This document shows, in pieces, positions 29,206 through 41,211 of a stretch of 62,286 bases of DNA (within the stretch, counting starts at the first letter, position 1; every line of letters starts with the position of its first letter). The position numbers and the translations under genes were made by a program. This DNA is from Alphaproteobacteria bacterium (GTDB lineage Bacteria > Pseudomonadota > Alphaproteobacteria > UBA9655), in NCBI GenBank assembly GCA_041690915.1, contig JBEPVR010000002.1, positions 1 to 62,286 on the forward strand, given 5' to 3'. The notes under the pieces were generated by a model. It searched no databases. It was not told the origin of the DNA and worked only from the letters and a program-made list of their open reading frames with translations.

Positions 29206-30381
29206 ATGATAAGTAAATCAAGCGCGCAGCTCAACTCGCTCTATGAAACTAATATGCCGACGCGAGGTGTAGAACGCTTAACCCTCACTCATTTTCGCTG
29301 CTACGAGATTTTTAGTGTTTCCCTGGATTTAAAACCCGTCGTCGTGACAGGTCCTAATGGGGCAGGAAAAACGAATCTTTTAGAGGCGCTCTCTTATCTG
29401 ATTCCTGGAAGAGGTATGAGGCGCGCGCGGCTTTCCGAAGTCAGCCGGCAAGGAAGCACCGCGCCATGGGCGATGTCTGTTCACTTAAAAGATCAAGGCG
29501 GAAGCCTTCAGGTTGGAACGGGCCTTGACCCAGAAGCCCCCGCAAGTGAACGACGCGTCACCCGTATTAATGGAGAAAAGGTCAAAAGCCAATCCGTTCT
29601 TTCCGAATGGGTTTCAATGGTTTGGTTGATACCTCAAATGGATCGCCTGTTTTTAGAAGGACCTCAAGACCGGCGGCGCTTTCTGGATCGCCTTGTGTAC
29701 GGCTTTGACCCGGGCCATGCCATGCGCTTACATCGATACGAGAAAGTTTTAAAAGAAAGAAATCTTCTCTTGCGTCAGGGGTATTTTGATCGCCATTGGA
29801 TGGAGGGATTGGAAGACATTCTTGTCAATGATGGCATTGCAATAACTGTGGCTCGTCGTGAAGTGGTCGGTCAACTTTCAGCCGTTCTCCAAAATCAAGA
29901 CACGATTTTCCCCTGCGCCGAACTTTCTTTAGAAGGAGGCCTGGAGAATCTTCTCCATCAGCGGAATCTCCTTGAGGTTGAAGAAGATGTGCGGCGGCTT
30001 TTGGCAGAAAGTCGAGAGCAGGATCGCGTAACAGGGCGGACATCCTTTGGTCCTCATCGGAGTGATTTGTTGGCTGTATTACCTGAAAAAAATCAAGTGG
30101 CAGCTCTTTGTTCAACGGGAGAGCAAAAAGCTCTGTTGCTTTCCATTGTCATGGCGTCTGCTCACCTATTATCTGTTAGGACAGGTGCAATTCCCCTCTT
30201 GCTTTTAGATGAGGTTGTAGCGCATCTTGATGAAACACGTAGATCAGCATTGTTTGATACGATTTTAAAGCTTAAAATACAAGCGTGGCTGACGGGAACA
30301 GATGCATCCTTGTTTAAAGAATTAAAAGGGAATGCTCAGTTTTTAAGTCTTAAAGAAGCCCGTTTAATATCGAAAACATAA
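29206..30381 (+). CDS. recF: DNA replication and repair protein RecF
   Basis: Walker A GPNGAGKTNLLEA and an SMC-like signature (STGEQKALLLS), then LLLDEV. The start is uncertain; the ATG at 29254 gives a more typical N-terminus. Confidence 0.85.
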   Translation: MISKSSAQLNSLYETNMPTRGVERLTLTHFRCYEIFSVSLDLKPVVVTGPNGAGKTNLLEALSYLIPGRGMRRARLSEVSRQGSTAPWAMSVHLKDQGGSLQVGTGLDPEAPASERRVTRINGEKVKSQSVLSEWVSMVWLIPQMDRLFLEGPQDRRRFLDRLVYGFDPGHAMRLHRYEKVLKERNLLLRQGYFDRHWMEGLEDILVNDGIAITVARREVVGQLSAVLQNQDTIFPCAELSLEGGLENLLHQRNLLEVEEDVRRLLAESREQDRVTGRTSFGPHRSDLLAVLPEKNQVAALCSTGEQKALLLSIVMASAHLLSVRTGAIPLLLLDEVVAHLDETRRSALFDTILKLKIQAWLTGTDASLFKELKGNAQFLSLKEARLISKT

Positions 30382-32814
<2,433 letters not shown>

Positions 32815-32827
32815 GGAGAGATGAAAG

Positions 32828-33004
32828 GTGGAGGTTACAGAGTATACATTTTTGCGGAAGTTGGAGGCTCTTCCTTTTGTTGAAAGAATTTGGCTTTATG
32901 GATCGCGCGCCCGGGCAGATTTCAAGGACTGATCGGACATTGATCTTGTGATAGAATGTCCGACTGCTATATGGAAAGATTGGCTAGAGGCAATAGATGA
33001 TTGA
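32828..33004 (+). pseudogene. Remnant of an MNT-type nucleotidyltransferase (toxin-antitoxin-associated family) with an in-frame TGA
   Basis: Translation reads ...VERIWLYGSRARADFKD*SDIDLVIECP... This is the GSxxxG...SDxDL nucleotidyltransferase signature, interrupted by TGA at 32930-32932 and much shorter than intact family members. Confidence 0.45.
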
Positions 33005-33045
33005 TAATGAAAAATTGGGGGTGAAGAATATGCTCGAAGACCGCA

Positions 33046-33636
33046 ATGTATTGCCCCATGACTATAATAAAGAGAAATATGACAAGAATGCCCAAACTTG
33101 AAACAGTCATTTTGGTGGATGAAAAGGACAGTCCCTTAGGAACGCAAGAAAAACTGGCAGCTCACACGATCCCCCAACGGCACCGCGCGTTTTCTGTTTT
33201 TATCTTTAATGAAAAAGGAGAAACGCTTGTCCAACGACGGGCTTTGGGGAAATATCATTCTCCAGGACTTTGGGCCAATAGTTGTTGTGGTCACCCCCGG
33301 CCTGGAGAAGAGGTGGGGATGGCTGCACGGCGGCGGCTTGATGAAGAGTTAGGGTTTACGTGTTCTCTCACACCTCTCACAACCGTATGTTATACCTTAA
33401 AACTTGAAAAAAATCTGTGGGAACTGGAATACACTCATGTTTTTAAAGGAATTTATACAAGTACGTTTGATCTAAATCTTGAAGAAGTGTGCCAAATTCA
33501 ATGGATAATGCCCCAGGCCCTTAAGCAAGATGTCTTGATCCATCCCACTCACTATGCAAGATGGTTTCGACTTTATGTCTTAAAGCATTTTAAGGATATT
33601 TTCGGGGATATTGATCGACAGGTCCGACACGCGTGA
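33046..33636 (+). CDS. idi: Isopentenyl-diphosphate delta-isomerase, type 1 (Nudix fold)
   Basis: HRAFSVF, GLWANSCCGHP and a Nudix-like EE...RRRLDEELG block. The start is ambiguous; the Met at MPKLETVILVDE looks most typical. Confidence 0.8.
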   Translation: MYCPMTIIKRNMTRMPKLETVILVDEKDSPLGTQEKLAAHTIPQRHRAFSVFIFNEKGETLVQRRALGKYHSPGLWANSCCGHPRPGEEVGMAARRRLDEELGFTCSLTPLTTVCYTLKLEKNLWELEYTHVFKGIYTSTFDLNLEEVCQIQWIMPQALKQDVLIHPTHYARWFRLYVLKHFKDIFGDIDRQVRHA

Positions 33637-35609
33637 AGCTTTCCATTCATCCCGAAGACCGCTTAAGTACTCAAACTCATGAGTCTCCAAAGGTCAAGAA
33701 AAAGGCGCCCCCGCCGCCCCCTCGACCTCCCCGCCCGCGAAAAGGTCGCTTACGTTGGCCGTGGTTTTTAAAATGGTCATGTATTCTTTTGATCTGGAGT
33801 TCCTTCGTGGGGGGGTGTTTTGTCCTTTGGTACAGTTATGACTTGCCAGATATTACAAAGCTTCAGCAAACCACCAGGCGTCCCAGCATTACTGTTCTTG
33901 CTAAAGATGGCACAAAGCTTGCCACCTATGGGGATTTGCATGGGCAAATGGTGAATATCAAAAAACTTCCCCCCCACGTGGTCCAAGCTTTTTTAGCCAT
34001 CGAAGATCGAAGATTTTATTCCCATTTTGGGGTGGATCTAATTGGTCTTTTCCGGGCTTTTTGGACGAATTATCGAGCCGGACATGTGGTCCAAGGCGGT
34101 AGTACGATTACCCAACAGTTAGCTAAAAACTTTCTTCAATCTGAAAAGCTTTATGATATCAAGGATCGCTCATTAAGACGAAAGGTTCAAGAAGCTTTTT
34201 TGGCCCTTTGGCTTGAACGAAAGTTTACCAAGGACCAAATCCTGACTATGTATATTAATCGTGCCTATTTGGGTTCAGGAACCTTCGGACTTGCGGCGGC
34301 TTCGCTTCATTATTTTGGAAAGAGGCCTCAAGATTTAAGTCTTTATCAAGCGGCTGTCATTGCAGGGCTTTTGAAAGCTCCTTCAAAGTATTCACCCTCC
34401 CATAATCCTGATCTTGCAGATCAGCGAGCCTCTCAAGTTCTTGTCAATATGGTTAAGGTAGGCTTTATTAGGGAGGAAGTCAAAGAGGCAGCTTTGGTCC
34501 TTGCGTCTTCCACATCTGAGACGTTTCGAGGATCAGCCATTCGCTATTTTACAGATTGGATTGTTGATACTTTACCTTCATATCTTGATTCCAAGGATAA
34601 GGATCTTGTGATCACAACAACACTTGATCCTCACCTTCAATCCCTTGCAGAGGTAAAGCTCCAAGAGGTTTTGAAAGAGAAAGGGGAAACGGCTAAGGTT
34701 AGCCAAATGGCGCTGGTTTCTATGAGTCATAATGGGGCCATTCGGGCCCTTATTGGGGGAGCTAATTATAAAAAAAGCCAGTTTAACCGCGCCACACAAG
34801 CCCTTCGTCAACCTGGCTCTGCATTCAAAATTGTATTATATTTAGCCGCCCTAGAAGCAGGGATGTATCCCTCGGATATGATCAGCGATTTACCCATGCG
34901 AATTGGATCATGGCAACCTAAAAATTATAAGTATCAAACACGAGGCGAAATTTCTCTCCAGGATGCGATGGCTCACTCTGTGAATTCCGTAAGTGCACGT
35001 CTTGCTCAAAGATTCGGTTTATCTCGGATTGTTCAAACAGCGCGTCGTTTAGGAATGAATTCTTCCCTTCCCAACGATTTGACGATTGTCTTAGGAACGG
35101 GTGAGACCACCCTTTTGGAGTTGACGTCAGCTTATGCCGTCATTGCAAGGCATGGAATGAGTGTAAAGCCTTATGCTATTTCAAAGGTAACTGATCTTGA
35201 GGGGCGTATTCTTTACACCCATCAAGATCCGCGCCCTCAACGTCTTATCGATCCCTCAGTTGCTCAAAACTTGACCCAAATGATGCAAGCTGTGATGACC
35301 TATGGAACGGGGAGAAAATCTGCGATTGCAAGGCCTTCTGCAGGCAAAACAGGAACGACCCAATTGTATCGTGATGCATGGTTTATAGGTTTTACCCCAG
35401 AGTGTATTACAGGCGTATGGGCTGGGAATGATGATAATACTTCTCTGGATCCGAAGCCAGGCAGTCCGGCAGGTCGTCTTTGGCATCTTTATATGTCCGG
35501 AGTTCCTTCTTTCTCAGTGACTTCAGCCCCTCAGGAAAGAGCGCCCGTTGAGGAAGCTCCTTCAGGAGGCCTTTTGGGTGATCTTATTGATAGTTTGTTT
35601 GGGGGATGA
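33633..35609 (+). CDS. Second class A penicillin-binding protein (glycosyltransferase + transpeptidase) with a Pro/Arg-rich cytoplasmic N-terminus
   Basis: GT51 motifs (AIEDRRFYSHFGVD, GGSTITQQLAKN) and transpeptidase motifs (RQPGSAFK, KTGTT). The GTG start overlaps the idi stop (GTGA). Confidence 0.85.
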   Translation: MKLSIHPEDRLSTQTHESPKVKKKAPPPPPRPPRPRKGRLRWPWFLKWSCILLIWSSFVGGCFVLWYSYDLPDITKLQQTTRRPSITVLAKDGTKLATYGDLHGQMVNIKKLPPHVVQAFLAIEDRRFYSHFGVDLIGLFRAFWTNYRAGHVVQGGSTITQQLAKNFLQSEKLYDIKDRSLRRKVQEAFLALWLERKFTKDQILTMYINRAYLGSGTFGLAAASLHYFGKRPQDLSLYQAAVIAGLLKAPSKYSPSHNPDLADQRASQVLVNMVKVGFIREEVKEAALVLASSTSETFRGSAIRYFTDWIVDTLPSYLDSKDKDLVITTTLDPHLQSLAEVKLQEVLKEKGETAKVSQMALVSMSHNGAIRALIGGANYKKSQFNRATQALRQPGSAFKIVLYLAALEAGMYPSDMISDLPMRIGSWQPKNYKYQTRGEISLQDAMAHSVNSVSARLAQRFGLSRIVQTARRLGMNSSLPNDLTIVLGTGETTLLELTSAYAVIARHGMSVKPYAISKVTDLEGRILYTHQDPRPQRLIDPSVAQNLTQMMQAVMTYGTGRKSAIARPSAGKTGTTQLYRDAWFIGFTPECITGVWAGNDDNTSLDPKPGSPAGRLWHLYMSGVPSFSVTSAPQERAPVEEAPSGGLLGDLIDSLFGG

Positions 35610-35746
35610 GGGATCTTCTTTTATATACAAAAAGCTATAATACGCTTTAAAAAATGCAGACTATGAGAAAGATCAATAACTTTGTGAATGTTTGGGCCGA
35701 AGTAAATAACCTTACTTCTTTCAAAAAAGATCACACTTTGTCTAAA

Positions 35747-36967
35747 CTAATCCCGTTTAACACTCTCGCCAAAAATTTCCTTCCACAGCTTTGTATGGGG
35801 CCTTTTAGCCTTAAGCTCAGCATGCCTACCTTCATCCTTCTCCTGATCTTCCTGAAAAAAGTGGTCTTTTATATCCAGAACTTTTTGATATAAATCTTGA
35901 TGAGGTCTTGCTCTCATAAGTTGCGACAAGTCCATTGTTACCTTAAGTAGGGAAAGCCGGTTAAAAGTATAATCCGCCCCAAATTTATAGGTACATGTTG
36001 GAGAGCTAAAATGTGCTTCTAGGTCCGCATGATGCAGAATATCAAAGATTTTTCTTGTTAGGCTCTTTGCATCTTCTTCGATGGTGCTACCTTCAAGGCA
36101 TGGAGGTGAATCATACTCCTGTTGAATTTCTTCAATTTCTTTAATCGGAGGAGGAGTTTTCTTTTGTAAGAATTCTTGCCAGCTTAGAGGATCACCCCAA
36201 CCATCCCATACACCCACTGTAGCATCATTAGCAAGCTTACCTTCCCTAGCAAAAGTACCTACAATGAATTGAAGCTGGCGTTCAGCGGGCTGGTAATGCC
36301 CTGAGCTATGGCTCATATAGGAAATTTTTCCATCTTCATTAAAATTCAAGATGCCTGCGCATAACACATACTGGCCGCCTAGAAGATTAGTATGCACGCT
36401 CGTTTTATCATTGTTAATATAGAGATTAAAGTTTTCATCAACAACATAGCGGAACCCTTCTTTAAAAACATTTGTTGAATTCAAATGGGCTTTTTGACCT
36501 TGATAATAAAAAGAGTTATCAGAAAAATTTGCGGGAATTCCAGTGTATTTTACATGTCTCTCATTTAGTTTTTTAAATGATAAATATTTTTCATGTATAT
36601 TGTTATTATTAATATTATTTGGGAGGGTATATTGTTCTACAACCGGAGCACCGATTGTAAGCTCTCTTACCATATAACGCCTGGTTTCTCCAATTTTCTG
36701 TTCTACTATATGTGGAAAGATTTCTCCAAGCTCAGCATCGTCTAACTTTACAATACTCACTTCTTCTAAAGTGGAGGGGATTAGAGGGGGAAGAGTTTCA
36801 TTGTTATTACTATTCTGAATATCAAAAGAGGTGTGAGCAGGGGGAGGAACGGGTGAACTAGAGAGTCCTTTGGTGTCCTCTTCACTAGGCTCCATAGCAA
36901 ATACCGGGAAGGAACAGAGGAAAAGCCCTATGGCAGTAGATATATTCAAAAGATTTCTTTTTTTCAT
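35747..36967 (-). CDS. Secreted protein of unknown function
   Basis: Sec signal peptide (MKKRNLLNISTAIGLFLCSFPVFA). The 406-aa ORF shows no catalytic motif I can assign. An Asn-rich stretch and an SHSSGHYQP block were noted. Confidence 0.6.
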   Translation of the reverse strand: MKKRNLLNISTAIGLFLCSFPVFAMEPSEEDTKGLSSSPVPPPAHTSFDIQNSNNNETLPPLIPSTLEEVSIVKLDDAELGEIFPHIVEQKIGETRRYMVRELTIGAPVVEQYTLPNNINNNNIHEKYLSFKKLNERHVKYTGIPANFSDNSFYYQGQKAHLNSTNVFKEGFRYVVDENFNLYINNDKTSVHTNLLGGQYVLCAGILNFNEDGKISYMSHSSGHYQPAERQLQFIVGTFAREGKLANDATVGVWDGWGDPLSWQEFLQKKTPPPIKEIEEIQQEYDSPPCLEGSTIEEDAKSLTRKIFDILHHADLEAHFSSPTCTYKFGADYTFNRLSLLKVTMDLSQLMRARPHQDLYQKVLDIKDHFFQEDQEKDEGRHAELKAKRPHTKLWKEIFGESVKRD

Positions 36968-37139
36968 AAAAATACCCCGTAATAATAATAAAGTAATTTA
37001 TAAGTAATTATGACGATTTCAGATTTCAAGTGCTTTTAAATATTTTAATCTCTACTGGGAAATTTTTCAGGATTTGATGCGAGAAATAAAATTTTATATT
37101 TTTAATTTAGCAAAAAAAAGAAAGAAAAAGCGATGAATC

Positions 37140-37772
37140 TCAACGACTTTGAGGGAGGGCTGTTTGGAAAGGCGAATCAATTACTTTGTTAGAGGGTGAG
37201 ATTTCGCCATTCATATAGTGTTTCCGGCAAAGGGCGATGTAGCGATCATTTCCCCCAATTTCAATTTGTTCCCCTTCACGAACGATAACGCCATTTTTAT
37301 CAATGCGGGGATTCATGGTTGCTTTTTTACCGCAATGGCAAATAGTTTTAATTTCCGAAAGTTCATCTGCCCAGGCAAGAAGGTAACGGCTGCCCTCAAA
37401 GGGTTCTCCCCTAAAGTCAGACCTTAAACCATATGTGAGGGTAGGGATCTTCAGCTCATCCACAATGCGGGTGAGTTGAAGCACTTGTTCCTTCATCAAA
37501 AATTGAGCTTCATCAATAAGGACACAGCTGATTAATTTTGTTTTAATAACTTCGTTTACATAATTAAAAAAATCAAAAGCTCTTTCAAAAGCATGTGCGT
37601 CGGACACAAGTCCAATCCGGGAAGAGATCACTCCTGGTGCATGGCGTGTGTCAATAGCAGGGAGGAAAAGAAGGGTCTCCATCCCTCGTTCTCGATAGTT
37701 ATAATTGGATTGTAAAAGGGTTGTCGTTTTCCCCGCATTCATGGCGGAATAATAAAAGTGAAGTTTTGCCAT
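37140..37772 (-). CDS. tdk: Thymidine kinase
   Basis: P-loop [13 protein letters not shown] and a C-terminal zinc ribbon (CxCG...ALCRKHY). Length 210 aa. Confidence 0.9.
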   Translation of the reverse strand: MAKLHFYYSAMNAGKTTTLLQSNYNYRERGMETLLFLPAIDTRHAPGVISSRIGLVSDAHAFERAFDFFNYVNEVIKTKLISCVLIDEAQFLMKEQVLQLTRIVDELKIPTLTYGLRSDFRGEPFEGSRYLLAWADELSEIKTICHCGKKATMNPRIDKNGVIVREGEQIEIGGNDRYIALCRKHYMNGEISPSNKVIDSPFQTALPQSR

Positions 37773-37844
37773 GAGGTCCTCCTATTTAAATAAATAAGTA
37801 TTAATCTGTATGGTCCAGAATGAGAAAGCAGGCAAGAAACAATT

Positions 37845-39137
37845 TTAACCCACCCAAATTTTGTAGGAGTAAGAGTCGTTGAGCATAAGATCGGTAAGCG
37901 CCCAGACAAGGGCGTCGAGCCGATCGGGGGATTTTGAGCTTATTCCGGGAACATAGGAGCAGAGCTGTTCTTCAAGTTCAGGAAGATAAGTCGCATGCCA
38001 GATTTTCCCTCTCTCATAAAGAGAGGCGATGGGCTCCGCCCTCAAGATTTTGTGACGTGTTGCGTGTAGGGCCTTATAGCTGATCGACGAATCCTCGTTT
38101 CGTAAGAGATGCTCCACGAGGTTCCCTCCCATATTCACTTCTGCCACAATGCAGTCAGCTTTAAGTCGATGATAGGCTTCAATCGCCTTTCGAACCCAAA
38201 CAGAGGGAGGAGCTTTGAGGGAGAGGTCCTCTAATACGATACCCGTTCCTGCCGATGTAATCCCGGCGGCAATGATGCCCGTCTCATCACTTTGAGTGCC
38301 ATGACTCATGGCGGGATCAATAGCAATTACAAGACGTTGCAAAGGGGACGCTTGGAAGCTACTCCGAGCCTGTTCAAGAAGAGCTGGAGTCCAAAGGGCT
38401 CCTTGTTTTTCTTCAATAATATCGGCATAGAGCTCTTGACGTCCCAGCCAACTTTTTTCATAACGATGGCGCATATAGCTAAGAAAGGGCTCGGCAAGAT
38501 TTGTTGTATTTTCAAATGTTGTTCCCTTTGTAATAATGACGTGTGGATCGTTGATAAGTTTCTTTAAAAGTTTAGTGGGACGGGGTGTTGTTGTGACGAT
38601 GACTCGGGGGTTTTGACCCAGTCTTAAGGAAAACATGAGTTGATCCCAGACTTGCTGATCTCCGCGAAATTTAGCAAGCTCATCGACCCACGCCCCATCA
38701 AATTGAGGGCCGCGTAATCGCTCATAAGATTCCGAGCTAAAGCAAGTGGCAATCGCCCCATTGGGCCAAGTTAATTGCCGTTTAGTCGGTTCATAAATGG
38801 GTTTTTCAGAAGGAGAGTGGACGGCCAATAAGCCTGACGATCCTTCCACCATAACTTGCCGGACTTCGGTTTCCGTTTCTGCGACAAGGGCGATTCGCCG
38901 ACATGTGCCTTCACGAACCCATTGACGAAGAGTTTCTGCCCCTGTGCGAGTTTTCCCAAAACCACGACCTGCAAGAATAAGCCATACACGCCACTCTCCG
39001 GGGGGAGGAAGTTGTTTTGGCCGTGCCCACTTTTGCCAATTATAACGAGTGGTTTCATCCTCTCTTCTTGTTTGTTCCTTTTGAAGAAGAGGTAAAAGCT
39101 TTTTTATTAAATTTATCTTATCCATTTCTTTCTGCAC
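37845..39137 (-). CDS. Phage/GTA-type terminase large subunit (RcGTA g2-like)
   Basis: Walker A AGRGFGKTRTGAE and Walker B AWVDELAKF. The blocks LRGPQFDGAW, LRLGQNPRVIVTTTPRP and LGRQELYADII...GALW are typical of alphaproteobacterial GTA TerL. No other head or tail genes are adjacent. Confidence 0.8.
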   Translation of the reverse strand: MQKEMDKINLIKKLLPLLQKEQTRREDETTRYNWQKWARPKQLPPPGEWRVWLILAGRGFGKTRTGAETLRQWVREGTCRRIALVAETETEVRQVMVEGSSGLLAVHSPSEKPIYEPTKRQLTWPNGAIATCFSSESYERLRGPQFDGAWVDELAKFRGDQQVWDQLMFSLRLGQNPRVIVTTTPRPTKLLKKLINDPHVIITKGTTFENTTNLAEPFLSYMRHRYEKSWLGRQELYADIIEEKQGALWTPALLEQARSSFQASPLQRLVIAIDPAMSHGTQSDETGIIAAGITSAGTGIVLEDLSLKAPPSVWVRKAIEAYHRLKADCIVAEVNMGGNLVEHLLRNEDSSISYKALHATRHKILRAEPIASLYERGKIWHATYLPELEEQLCSYVPGISSKSPDRLDALVWALTDLMLNDSYSYKIWVG

Positions 39138-39207
39138 ATGTAGTTTAACAAGTAATGGAAAAAAAGAAAATTAATTACGGGAAATGGCCAATTATAATAA
39201 GAATAAA

Positions 39208-40266
39208 TCAATAGGTCGTTGGGTCTCCCAAAGCAACGTTAAGGTCGGCTTCTTCTTTAAATTCTTTAATAGTTGCTTGTGCGCGGGTAGGATCAGGGAC
39301 CCAAGCAATATTAAGGAGAGCATCTCCCTGATAAACTAAGGGAAGCTGCGATAGCCCAATAACAATGCCGTCAATGGAGGCTACAACGTCGATGGTATTA
39401 AGACCGATCGGATCTGAAATTTTTCCCACGATATCACCTTTAAAAACTTTTTTACCTAAATGGCAAGTGGATCTGAAAAATCCCGTGTAAGGGGCGCGGA
39501 TCCAATGACTTGTTGGAGAAATTACGGGAGAGTCTTTTATAGCCGTGCATTTTTCTTGGGAAATCATATTAAGAACCGCCATAACCCGCAATATACCTTG
39601 CACAGCCGAGCGGATTGCAAATTCATTAAAACGTAAGGCTTCCCCTCCTTCAAAGAGAAGGGTTGGAATACCCATTTTCTCTGAGGCTTCTCGAAGAGAG
39701 CCATCCCGAAGCTTTGATTTTAAAATAACAGGAGCTCCAAAGGCGAGAGCCATTCTTAAAGTTTCACTGCTTTCAAAATCACATCGAATTTGGGGTAAGT
39801 TGATGCGATTATCGGAGCCTGTATGCAAATCAATGCCGTGGGTGCATCGCTTGACAATCGTTCTTAAGAAGATATGTGCAAGTTGAGCCGCTGCAGAACC
39901 TTTTTTAGATCCTGGAAAACTGCGGTTTAAATCGCGCCGGTCAGGAAGATAACGGCTTTGGATGAGGGCGCCAAGGACATTCACGATAGGAATAATAATA
40001 AGAGTTCCTCTTAGGAGATTGATTTGAGGGGAAGCTAGAACACGACGAATGGTTTCAATTCCATTGAGTTCGTCACCATGGATTGTTGAGCTCAGAAATA
40101 AGCGTTTCCCAGGAGAGTATCCATGAAGGATACGTAAGTTTAAATTGAACGCTGCATGATTGGGAAGCATATAAAGTGGAATGCTGATCGTTTTGGCAGA
40201 TCCTGGTTCGATGATCTCCCCTCCAATTTTAAAGGGCCTTTGTATGTTCTTTTTTTTCTTTTCCAT
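39208..40266 (-). CDS. Succinylglutamate desuccinylase/aspartoacylase (AstE/AspA, M14-like) family protein
   Basis: The family's zinc-ligand block (STIHGDELNG) and overall similarity to COG3608-type proteins. Confidence 0.75.
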   Translation of the reverse strand: MEKKKKNIQRPFKIGGEIIEPGSAKTISIPLYMLPNHAAFNLNLRILHGYSPGKRLFLSSTIHGDELNGIETIRRVLASPQINLLRGTLIIIPIVNVLGALIQSRYLPDRRDLNRSFPGSKKGSAAAQLAHIFLRTIVKRCTHGIDLHTGSDNRINLPQIRCDFESSETLRMALAFGAPVILKSKLRDGSLREASEKMGIPTLLFEGGEALRFNEFAIRSAVQGILRVMAVLNMISQEKCTAIKDSPVISPTSHWIRAPYTGFFRSTCHLGKKVFKGDIVGKISDPIGLNTIDVVASIDGIVIGLSQLPLVYQGDALLNIAWVPDPTRAQATIKEFKEEADLNVALGDPTTY

Positions 40267-40475
40267 GTTTGAGATTCCGCTTATCTGCGCAAGGACGAAT
40301 AATTTATCTTATTGTAATGTACTCTAAAATTCTTAAAAAAAACGTTAATAGAAATTAGTTATATATTTTAGAAACGTCTAAACAGCCTAATATTAAAAAT
40401 TTATTAATAAAAATTGACTTTTTAATTTAGATTTGCTAAAGATTCTTTATCTTTTCTTTTCATGCGAGGAAGTTT

Positions 40476-41138
40476 ATGTCTGAAGTTCTAATTGCTGGTC
40501 CTGTGGGGCGGATTGAAGCTCGTTATCACCAGAATAAAGTTCGGAATGCTCCTCTTGCAATTGTTCTACACCCTCACCCGGAACATGGGGGGACGATGAA
40601 CAACAAAATTACTTATGCGCTATTTCGTGCCTTTGTGGATCAAGGATTTAGCACTCTTCGTTTTAACTTTCGGGGGGTAGGTCGTTCTGAGGGTAAGTTT
40701 GATCATGGAGAAGGGGAACTGAGTGACGCCGCAGCTTGTCTTGATTGGCTTCAAGTTCAAAATTCTGAACCTCGGCAATGCTGGGTTGCAGGCTTTTCTT
40801 TTGGTGCGTGGATATGCATGCAACTTCTCATGCGTCGTCCCGAATTGGATGGTTTTATCGCCATTGCGCCTCCTGCGAATATGTATGATTTCACTTTCTT
40901 GGCGCCGTGTCCCGTCTCTGGGATGATCCTTCAAGGAGCCAAAGATGAAATCGTTCCAAAAGATTCTGTGATGAAGCTCACGGCAAAGCTTTCGGCACAA
41001 CGGGGCCTTCATATTGACTATCGCGTAATTCCTGAAGCGGATCATTTTTTTGCTAATGAAACTCCGGAACTCATCACCCATGTGCATGAGTATTTAACGG
41101 CAGCTCTGAATCCTATTCCCAAAGTCGTGAATGGGTAA
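40476..41138 (+). CDS. Alpha/beta hydrolase (COG2945-like)
   Basis: Nucleophile elbow GFSFG, an FNFRGVGRSEG block and a C-terminal Asp/His region (GAKDEIV..., ADHFF). Confidence 0.7.
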   Translation: MSEVLIAGPVGRIEARYHQNKVRNAPLAIVLHPHPEHGGTMNNKITYALFRAFVDQGFSTLRFNFRGVGRSEGKFDHGEGELSDAAACLDWLQVQNSEPRQCWVAGFSFGAWICMQLLMRRPELDGFIAIAPPANMYDFTFLAPCPVSGMILQGAKDEIVPKDSVMKLTAKLSAQRGLHIDYRVIPEADHFFANETPELITHVHEYLTAALNPIPKVVNG

Positions 41139-41211
41139 CTTTTCTTAAGGATTCCCTGGGTCCCAGGAGATTATTGATTCTTTTTCCTAAACTATTTTAT
41201 ATAAGGGCGCC

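Noticed and set aside
32930-32932. TGA inside the nucleotidyltransferase remnant as a sense codon (genetic code 4 or selenocysteine)
   Set aside because: TGA clearly terminates well-supported genes in this window, for example at 7903-7905, 8715-8717 and 33634-33636. No SECIS-like context is obvious. A premature stop in a decayed gene is the simpler reading.
40620-41087. A 155-aa antisense ORF within the alpha/beta hydrolase gene
   Set aside because: The + strand frame carries the GxSxG hydrolase motifs, and the antisense ORF has no recognisable features.
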